64,000 bases of DNA from Octopus vulgaris (Eukaryota), in NCBI GenBank assembly GCA_951406725.2, contig OX597827.1:45942001-46006000 (forward strand), written 5' to 3'. Of this stretch, positions 53,865 through 64,000 are shown one piece after another. Each line of letters begins with the position of its first letter. The stretch's first letter is position 1. A model generated the notes under the pieces. The model searched no databases. It saw only the letters and a program-made list of their open reading frames with translations, and had not been told where the DNA came from. Both the position numbers and the translations under genes were made by a program.

Positions 53865-54220
53865 GGTGTGGCTGGGTGGTAAGAAGCTTGCTTCCAAACC
53901 ATATGGTTCCATGTTCAGTCTCACTGTATGGCACCTTGGGAAAGTGTCTGCTACTGCAGCCTAGGGCCAACCAAATCCTTATAAGTGGATTTCATAGACA
54001 AAAACTAAAAGAAGCCTGTTGTGTGTGTTTGTTCCCCATTGACAATTGGTGTCAGTGTGTTTACATCCCTTTAACTTAGCAGTACAGCATAAGAGATTGA
54101 TAGAATACATACAAGGCTTAAAAAACAAAAAAAATTAAGTACTGGGGCCGATTCATTTGACTAAAATTTTAAGGTGGTGCCCCAGCAAGGCCACAGTCTA
54201 ATGAGTGAAACAAGTAAAAG
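53865..54220 (+). mobile_element. SINE family A, diverged
   Basis: gtggtaagaagcttgcttcc...ccttgggaaagtgtct...gaaacaagtaaaag. Confidence 0.75.
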
Positions 54221-55429
54221 ATTGACTTGATCAGAGCTGAACAGGCATTAAGCAACAACCACACCAAGAAAGGAATTTTTATGTGGTGTGTCAACCTGGG
54301 GTTATAGTAAAAGACACTCGCCCCAAAATGCCACAAAGTGGAATGAAATCTGAAACCACAGAGCTGTGGCCATGAAGTGAGCTTCTAAACTATGTAATCA
54401 TGTTTGTACCAGTTTGGGCACATATGTTGGCTCGATGAGGGCTGAGTTAGCATTTAACAACAACCACTAACAATCAGACTAACAAAGGGGTCTCTACATG
54501 ATAGGTTAACCTGCTAGAAATAGAAGCCAAATCTTCCTCCTCAACTCACTTCATCATCATCATTATTATTATCTGCATTAACTGTCTGTTTTACATGCTG
54601 GCATGGGTTGGACAGTTTGACAGGAGCTGGCAAACCAGAGAGCTGCACCAGGCCCCAATTGTCTGTTTTGGTAAGGTTTCTATGGCTGTATGCTCTTCTT
54701 AATGTCAACCACTTTACCAAATATACTGGGTGCTTTTCATATGGCAACAGCTCTGGTGCTTTTTATGAGACAGCAGTACTTCCTACTATTTGAAAACAAA
54801 ATATATATTAGATGATGTAGTCAGATATACTCATTGTCTGAACAAAAGATAAAGAATGAAAAAAAGCAAAAAAGGCAAGAAAATTGTGGCTGAACCACCA
54901 CAATTGGTATCAATTGTTTGTTAACAAACACAACTACAAAGATAATATGAAATAAACAAACAGAAAACGAGAACCACACAGAAACATCTGTCATCTTTAT
55001 TTGATATGTTATGTGTTTGTGAAACTGCCAAATGAATGACACATTGCATAGACAAGTTTAGAGGGACGGAGAAATACCGAGCGAGCCAAAGAAGCTGAGA
55101 GCAGTGCAGAGGTTGGGGAAGGGAATCGGCAAGGATGGAGGAGGAGGGTGGTGAGAAAGGATGGTGAGGAAAAAAAAAAAAAAAAAGCAAACAGTTTCAG
55201 TTTCTACGAAATTAAACATTCATAAACACCACTTAGGCATGTAAATATAAACAACCGGCCTAGCTCGCACACATGCACACATGCCTGTTTCAGTGTGCGT
55301 ACCGAGCATCCAAGACAGCATAGACATTAAGCACTTGGCAAAAAAAGATTCTGCCAGCTCAGATGTTATTTCCACTTCCACTGCTGCTCAGGCTCGTAAC
55401 AAGCTTCACATATTTCTGCTTGTGCCTTT

Positions 55430-56095
55430 GGGCAGTGAGGGAAAATAGCTTAGTGGTTGGGGTGTTCTGACTCATGGATCATATGGCCGTTGCATCCTTA
55501 AACGATACAACTTTATTTCATGTTGCTCCGGTCAGTCCACTCAGCTGGCAAGAATGAGTTCTACTTGTGTTTCAAAGGAGCCAACCTTGTCATATTCTGA
55601 GTCACGCTGAGTCTCCCTGAAAACTGTGTTATGAGTAGGCGTGTCTGAGGTGCGCTCAGCTTCTTGCATGTTGAATTCATGACCAAGCTGTTCCATTGAT
55701 CAGATCAACTGGAATCCTAGTCGTCATAACCAACAGAATGCCAGCTTTTGAAAAGTCTTGAGTGTGTGTGTGTGTGTAAGGCGCGTGGCTCAGTGGTTAG
55801 GGCATTTGGCTCACCATCAGAAGGTCATGAATTCCATTCACAATGACACATTGTGTTCCTGAGCAAGATACTATTTCACGTTGCTTCAGTCCACTCAACT
55901 AGCAAAAAAGAGTTGTACCTGAATTTCAAAGAGGCCAGCTTTGTCACATTCTGTGTCACACTGAGTCTCCCCCGAGAACTAAAATAATGCTGCCCAAGTC
56001 TATGGAATACTCAGTCACTTGCATACTAATTTCATAAGTGGGCTGTTCCATTGATTGAAACAATTGGAACCCTGATTGTCATAACTGGAGTGTCA
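55430..56095 (+). mobile_element. Two tandem diverged SINE family D copies
   Basis: Heads at about 55440 and 55778; shared 3' block gatcagatcaactggaa / aattggaaccctg. Confidence 0.75.
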
Positions 56096-56506
56096 GTTAG
56101 GGGTAGCCTTTGGGCAGAATTAGAACGCCACTACTTACACCGACCTTGTTCCTGTATGAGAGCTAGATATATATTTGTATACATATCATCATCATGCAGT
56201 GTTTTAAATCTGGGGTTTGTCCCCATTAACAAGATCTAAATCAATGCTATAGCAACCGCCCTCACACCATCTCACCATCTTTCCCGGTTTTGGGTGTCCT
56301 CCTTTTCCAAACCAACCCTCCCAATCTCCTCCTTCACCTGTCCCCTCCACCTTTACTTCAGTCTACCTCACTTTCGCACTCCATTTACCTCAAATGCAAT
56401 CACCCTCCTCAGAAGAAGCTCTTCATCCCTCTCTCTTCCACACATGCCCATACAACCTCACTCCACTCACCCTTGCTTCATGATGTAAATATGTATATAT
56501 ATCTAT

Positions 56507-56880
56507 GTGGATGCGCAATGGCCCAGTGGTTAGGAGAAAGGACTTTCGGTTGTAGGATCGCAGTTTCGATTCCCAGACCGGGCATTGTGAGTGTTAACTG
56601 AGCAAAAACACCTAAAGCTACATGAGGCTCTGGCAGTGGGTGGTGACAAACCCTGCTGTTCTCTTTCCCCACAACTTTCTCTCACTCTTTCTTCCTGTTT
56701 CTGTTGTACCTGTATTTCAAAGGGACAGCCTTGTCACGCTGAATCTCTCCCCGAGAACTATGTTAAGGGTACACGTGTCTGTGGAGTGCTCAGCCACTTG
56801 CACTTTAATTTCATGAGCAGGCTGTTCTGTTGATCGAATCAACTGGAACCCTCGTCGTCGTAACCGATGGAGTGCCACAA
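56507..56880 (+). mobile_element. SINE family D (tRNA-derived, OR-like), full length
   Basis: A box tggcccagtgg, B box gtttcgattc, 3' end gtcgtaaccgatggagtgccacaa. Confidence 0.85.
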
Positions 56881-57854
56881 TTTATATATATATATATGTA
56901 TATATATATACATATATATATAGTAAATAAAAAAAACAAAGAGCAAACAAAGGAAAAAAGTTTGTTAAAGTATTACTAGTTCACCACTGGCTGTTACTAA
57001 ATACTTTACGCTCTCAGGAAATTTTTAAATGCCCCCCCACCACCACCTGGGTCATACATTATGTATTTCACTAGGGTAAAGTTGGAATCATCTATACAAC
57101 TAAATTGGTGCAACAAGCCATGCTTGACACAATATTACTGACCCTTCTTTGTTTAGAGAGAAATATGATAAGCCAGCTTGTAATCGAACGAGCCTTAATT
57201 AGTGACATTTTATAAATACCTAAGACACTTTGCAACAATGAGCCAAATCAGCTCTTTCCAGTATATCCTATTTTGGGTGAACTACAGGTTGTGTGTATGT
57301 GTATATATGCATGTGTGTGTATCTATATGTATGTATATATACGTCTATGTATATGTGTATATATGTTTGTGTCTGTTATATAAATGTGTGTGTCTATATG
57401 TGTGTGTATGTGTATATATGCATGTATGTATATGTGTATATATGTGAGTGTGTGTGTGTACACGTGCCAAATATCAATTAGAGGAATAATGAAATACAAC
57501 AGAAATATGAATTCACTGCTAATATTTTAACGTAATTGCAAAGCACTATTTTGAGACTGAAAAGAAACAGATCCGCAGATAGGAGCTGACTCAGTGACAG
57601 CATTACAGATTGCACCAAAGTAATGCATGCCTTTCTATCTTCTCAGATTAGTGGCTGCAAATTGTTTCCTCAATTTGGAGGATAAGATAATACAGTTAAA
57701 AGAACAAAAACAATGCACAATATTTAATTTGTGAAAATTAGAACGGTGCATGCTCTGTAGTGGAATTGGTAACGGGGCTATCTGCTAAGTAATAGATATG
57801 TGGTTTATGTCTTGTCGGTGCTCTTCTTTCCCTAAGACTGGTAATTATAATGTC

Positions 57855-58000
57855 TGTGTGGTAAGTAGCTTGCTTACCAACCACATGGTTCCGGGTTCAG
57901 TCCCACTGCGTGGCAATTTGGACAAGTATCTTCTACTATAGCCTTGGGCCGACCAAAGCCTTGTGAGTGGATTTGGTAGATGGAAACTGAAAGAAGCCTG

Positions 58001-58042
<42 letters not shown>

Positions 58043-58043
58043 G

Positions 58044-58084
<41 letters not shown>

Positions 58085-58760
58085 GTATATGTATGTATGT
58101 ATGTGTGTGTGTATATGTTTGTGTGTCTGTGTTTGTCCCCCCAACATCGCTTGACAACCGATGCTGGTGTGTTTACGTCCCCGTAACTTAGCAGTTCAGC
58201 AAAAGATACCGATAGAATAAGTACTAGGCTTACAAAGAATAAGTCCTGGGGTCAACTTGCACGACTAGAGGTGGTGCTCCAGCATGGCCACAATCAAATG
58301 ACTGAAACCAGTAAAAAGAGTAAAAAGAGAATATCTTTTACAGATGAAAAATATCCTGATAAAAGGTGCAGGCATGGCTGTGTGGTAAGAAGCATGCTTC
58401 CCAACCACATGGTTCTGTGTTCAGTCCCACTGTGTGGCATCTTGGACAAGTGTCTTCTACTGTAGCCTCAGGCCAACCAAAACTTTGTGAGTGGATTTGG
58501 TAGATGAAAAAATGAAAGAATCCCATCATGTGTGTGTCTTTGTGCGTGTGACTGTGCGTGTTTGTCCCCCACCACCAACTGACAACCAGTGTTGGTGTGT
58601 TTGCATCACTCTAACTCGGTGGCTGAGTGAAATGTACTGCTAGAATAAGTACTGGGCCTTAAAAGAAAATAGGTCCTGGGGGTCAATTTGTTTTGACTGA
58701 AATTCTTTGAGGCAGCGCTCAATCATGGCCGCAGTCAAATGCCTAAAACATGAAGAAGAA
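57855..58760 (+). mobile_element. Two tandem SINE family A copies (57855-58330 and 58365-58760)
   Basis: Both have the head, CORE-like block and 3' block. Confidence 0.85.
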
Positions 58761-59099
58761 TTGAAAAGGTACAAAGAAAGGAAACTAGTTTCAAACTGTA
58801 ATGGCTTTATAAAAATTTTATAGCAGTGGATTTGCTGAGTTGGTAAAGCATTGAATGAAAGGCCTAGCAACATGGACAGGTTTATGTAGAGAGCTGACGT
58901 AAATGTCATATGAATGAGCCTTTTGTTTACAGAGATCAAGCAACACGTCATAACATGACAAGAAGCCTAGACATGCTCTCGCAGTGGACAGCAAGCAAAC
59001 GACACTGTTAGCAAAGCTGTTGTTCACAAACAGTCGGTGAACACAAGGATAAAAGCGGGAAATACAAACTCACTCACAGAAACACACATATATTACGTG

Positions 59100-59500
59100 T
59101 GACAGGCTTCTTTCAGTTTCTTATTTCTTTACTGCCCACATGGGGCTAAACATAGAGGGGGCAAACAAGGACAGGTAAAGGGATTAAGTCGATTACATCA
59201 ACCTCAGTGCGTAAGTGGTACTTATTTAATCAACCCTGAAAGGATGAAAGGCAAAGTCGATCTCGGCAGAATTTGAACTCAGATCGTAAAGACAGACGAA
59301 ATACCGCTAAGCATTTCGCCCGACATGTTAACGTTTCTGCCAGCTTGCTGCCTTCTTTCAGTTTCTGTCAACCGAATCCCCTCACTGAGCTTTGGTTGGC
59401 TCAAAGCCTTGGGTAAAAGACACTTGCTGAATGTGCCCTGCAGTGCAGCCGAACCAGGAACCATGTGGCGAGAAAGCAAACATCCTCACCATGCAACTAT
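59100..59500 (-). mobile_element. SINE family A fragment with nested family B copy (59122-59351) and 15-bp TSD
   Basis: TSD cttctttcagtttct at 59107-59121 and 59352-59366. Confidence 0.85.
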
Positions 59501-59890
59501 GTCTTCACTTATAACAATTAACATATGTATGCAGGTATGTATGTATGTATGTCTTTATGTGTTTACTAAATGCATCATTACCAACATCGTTACATTACTG
59601 GACTGTGTCATCTGGTATCTCTAAGGTGTAATTAATATACACTTGTTTTTACATCTTATGTGTGAGCTTCTGTGTTAGTATATGTGCTTCTGCACATATG
59701 TGTATGTACAAATACACACACACACATATATATATACATACATACAGATATAATACATATGTGTTTTGCCTTTATGAATATATGCAGGTATATCTATAGA
59801 AACACATGGTGGTAATGTCTATGTATATATTCATGCATATACACATTTGCATATGAATCCATACATAAACACACATATAATGATGTTTGT

Positions 59891-59923
<33 letters not shown>

Positions 59924-60435
59924 CACCATACACATAAACATTGTCTTTTATCTTTCACAGACTACCAACACTAATATTTCAAGGTTAGTGCTTAAGCATT
60001 TCGTAACATGACCAAGGTACCGATAATTGTAGGTAATAATGTGACTATATAGTCAGGTTAGAGTTAGACTACAGCGTGTGTGTATGTGTGTACATATAAC
60101 CAATACACAGAGGGCTGCAGATGTATCTAAGCCATTAGCTAACATGAAAGAGACAACAAGGTGTTCAATTGATGATATCGATGACAGATAATAATTATAC
60201 ATGAATGACTAGAGGGTTGATGAATGATGGCGGGTTACTCATTTCAAGGTCACAGGTTCGAATCTGACGTATAGCTACTATTGTATTGTGCCCCTGTGTA
60301 AAGCAGATAGTTCTGCTGCTGCTAATTTGCTTACCTGTAGAGATATGAGCTGTAGGTAGAGCAGCCAGCTGTAAAAACAATTGATCATTCCATTCCCCGC
60401 CCCCATACAACTATAGAAAATGGGAGGAAAACATT

Positions 60436-60467
<32 letters not shown>

Positions 60468-60484
60468 CACACACACATATATAT

Positions 60485-60515
<31 letters not shown>

Positions 60516-61799
60516 GATATACACACACACAGATACATATTTCTATGTGTGTGTGTGTATTTGTGGATGTGTGTAGATATAGGAATGTTTGTGTGTGGAT
60601 GTGCGTAGATATAGATATGTGCGTGTATATATTTTTGGATGTGTGTAAATATAGGTGTGTGTGTGTGTGTGTGTATATTTGTGGATGTGTGTAGATATTG
60701 GTGTGTGTGTATATATATATATTTGTGAATGTGTGTAGATATAGGTGTGTGTGTGTGTGTGTGTGTGACTCTATAGTCAGGCTAGAGATGTGTGTAGATA
60801 TAGGAGTGTGTGCACATGTGTGTGTATACAAGATATACATCTCATACAAAACTCTGCTCAATGCTGATTCAACAGTTATTATGCATACGTACAAATAAGG
60901 AACAGCTTCAAACATATTATATTAAAGACTGTGTTTGAGAGTTTAATTGTTTATTATTACCATTATTATCATCATCAACATTATTATTATTATTATTATC
61001 GCCATTATCATTATTATTAATAAAGATTTCTCATATTTCCTTATTTGTCCTTCATGTTTGGTTTCAAACAATAACACTTCCTAAGGCTATTAACAGTTCA
61101 AGGCCTTCTCCACCTCGTCCCTTATTAGTGGCATGTTTGTTGCAGCATTTTGTAGTAGTAGGAGACAAGGGATCATGGGAATGATTTAACCGATAAAGAT
61201 GTAATTGCCAGATAACTCCAGTGTATTTCACGTGCTGTAATGTCTGGATAGGTTTTTTTCTTCTTCTTCTTCCTTCTTTAGCTGTTGATAAAGCTTATTC
61301 CATTTCCATTACTAATCTTCTAGTTTTTGCGGAACGGATTTTGTTCAGAGCCAAGCAAAAGAACTTCTAAGAAAATATGAAAAAAATCTATACATAAAAA
61401 AAAAAGAAACTATCTTGAACACAATCAGTTCCTTCTTCCTTAATTCCTCATCATCATCATCCTTGTCACCATCGTCATTTTATGTCCTCCACATGTTGGA
61501 TGGGTCTTACTTAGGATTACTTACTGTCCTAGTAGACAGGTAGGGACCAGATCTCACCTGTACACTCCGGTTTTAGCCTAGTTTCCATGACTGGATGCCT
61601 TTCCTGTCGTTGAATACTTTGCAGAGTGTACTATATGTATTTTGCCATGCCACAACATTAGAGAGAGAGAGAGAGTGCATGTGTGTTGTCCTCAAGCAAG
61701 ACAAAAGAATATTCTCTACCCTATACAACATCTAAACAAAAGTGTTAACCTATTCATTACCATATTTCTAACAAAGCACACAGTCACCATATCAATTTA

Positions 61800-62780
61800 T
61801 CATCATCATCATCGTTTAAATTCCGCTTTCCATGTGAGCATGGGTTGGACGATTTGACTGAGGTCTGGTGAACCAGATGGCTGCACCAGGCTACAATCTG
61901 ATCTGGCAAAGTTTCTACAGCTGGATGCCCTTCCTCCTGCCAACCACTCTGAGAGTGCAGTGGGTGCTTTTACGTGCCACTGGCTTAAGGGCCAGTCAGG
62001 TGGTTCTGGCAACGACCACACTCAAAAGGTGTTTTTTACGTGCTACCTGCACAGGAGCCAGTCCGGCGGCACTGGCAACAATCACACTCGAATCTTGTTT
62101 TTCACATTCCACTGGCACATGTGCCAGTAAGGCAACGCTGGCAACAATCACGCTCAAATGGTGCTTTTTATGTGCCACCAGCATGGGAGCAATCCATGGC
62201 CCTGGCAACAATCACACTCAAATGTGCGTTTAACATTCCACTGGCACAAGTGCCAATCAGGCGGTACTGTCAATGGCCATGTCAGCGATTTTGATTTGAT
62301 TTCAACCCCAGGACTTATTCTTTGTAAGCCTAGTACTTATTCTATCGCTCTCTTTTGCTGAACCGCTAAGTTACAGACCCGTAAACACACCAACATTGGT
62401 TGTCAAACAATGGTGGGGGTACAAACACAGACACACAAACATATATACACACATACAGATATATATATATATATATATACGACAGGCTTCTTTCAGTTTC
62501 CGTCTACCAAATCCACTCACAAGGCTTTGGTTGGCCTGAGGCTATAGTAGAAGACACTTGCCTAAGGTGCCTTGTAGTGAGACTGAACCCACAACCATGT
62601 GGTTGGTAAGCAAGCTACTTACCACACAGCCACACACACAAAAACAAATAATAAAAAAAAGGAAGAAACATGGTTTTTGGTTCAGTCCCACTTCATAGCT
62701 TCTTGGGTGTCTTCTATAGCATTAGGCCAATCAATGCCCTATGAATGAATTTGGTAGGCAGAAAATGTGTGGAAAGCCTT

Positions 62781-62839
<59 letters not shown>

Positions 62840-62990
62840 TTGTCTTCCACCATAACTTGACAACTGGTGTTGACTTCAATAAGAGATTGATAGAATAAGT
62901 ATTAGACTTCAAAAATAAGTACGGGGGGGGGGGGTCAATCTGTTCAACTAAAACCCTACAAGGTGGTGCTCCAGCATGGCCACGATCCAC
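61800..62990. mobile_element. Family C (-, 61800-62290, about five internal units), family A (-, 62300-62633) and family A (+, about 62665-62990)
   Basis: Diagnostic family blocks; the two family A copies are head-to-head inverted. Confidence 0.8.
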
Positions 62991-63924
62991 AAAGAAAAGA
63001 TGATGCAAACATATCCAAACACATGGATATGTCGTCAAAGGTTTCTTTGTCCAATCAGAAATTTCCAGAGCAGAAGAAAATCTATAGTTCCCCAACCCTA
63101 CTACCCACCCTACCTCAATTCCAAGTTCCCATAGCTCCACCAAATTAAGCCCTAGCAAAGCCACACTCTATCTTTACCATTCTGTATTTTTCTTTTTTTT
63201 TTTTTCTTCAAGAAAATTCCTTGAAGTATCTTGACAAGAAAGATCGCAAAAAGACATGAAGAAAATAGAATGGAATGGTTACAAACAAATGAGATAGATA
63301 AAAAAAAAATGAATTTCCAATCTTTATTTAAAATGAGTGGGGGGGGGAGAAAGAAAGAAAGAAAGAAGCAAATAAAAAGAAAGAAGAAAGAAAGGAACAG
63401 ATTGTCAAAGACCAAATTACTCCTCTTGGAATACCATTATTTTGCAGACCAATTCTATTTCTATTTACAATTCCATTTCAGAGAAATAAATAAGTGAAAT
63501 ACATTTTCATTACTCTTATTTTCTATTTCTCATTTATATTATTATTATTATTGTTGTTGTTGTTAAAATAATCATCATCATCTTTAATGTGAAATTATAA
63601 GCAGTCTTGGAGCAAATTTCATAGCTTTAATTTTGAACTTCAATTTACCACAGCCAGCCTTATTACTGTAAACTGTATATCACCATAATCACCATCGTTA
63701 TCATCATCATTATATTATCATTATTATTATTATTATTATTACTATTATCATACATAGATTATTTAAAATGAAACATTTGGTATTGTGAAAAGCAAGTTGT
63801 TGTCTGTGGACAGTCAAGATTGTGAAAGACTTATTAATGTTATTAAATTTAAACATTCGTCATTGAGTTAATAATTTTCTCTCCTGAGCACACAAGTTGT
63901 TATGAATTGATTAAATTTTATTAC

Positions 63925-64000
63925 CTTACATTAATTAAACCTGATGGATTTTCATAAGTTTTCGACCATGAGGATTCCAGCAGTTCGATCAACCACAAAC
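63925..64000 (-). other. Candidate 3' end of an upstream exon of the minus-strand gene (cut by the window edge)
   Basis: Non-repetitive, more GC-rich than the flank; donors AAT|gtaagg (63929) or AAG|gtaata (63924); one open frame LWLIELLESSWSKTYENPSGLIN, not recognised. Confidence 0.3.

Overview
AT-rich, repeat-saturated eukaryotic DNA with no credible intact protein-coding gene. The SINE repertoire (tRNA-derived CORE-like, Meta-domain and OR-like SINEs) and the dense microsatellites point to an octopus/coleoid cephalopod genome (inference). The window reads best as the inside of a very long intron of a minus-strand gene: a candidate exon and donor at the right edge (about 63925-64000) and a non-coding 112-116 nt exon at 6448-6337 whose acceptor is fused to a strong donor (TTTTACAG|GTAAGG), the signature of a recursive-splicing site. 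The rest is dozens of SINEs from four families (including a roughly 12-copy head-to-tail array at 49391-52187), piggyBac-, hAT- and mariner-type MITEs, a non-autonomous Helitron, a Helentron-type HINE, a broken DD37D (maT) transposon and RTE-LINE remnants. The most striking item is a roughly 390-bp foldback element (16841-17231) with about 115-bp inverted arms enclosing a type I hammerhead ribozyme motif. A second foldback with a more degenerate hammerhead core lies at 11876-12077, and a near-perfect 28-bp hairpin at 18699-18764. Nearly all supplied ORFs are microsatellite or SINE artefacts. Family labels A-D are my own, and all coordinates and identities were read by eye.
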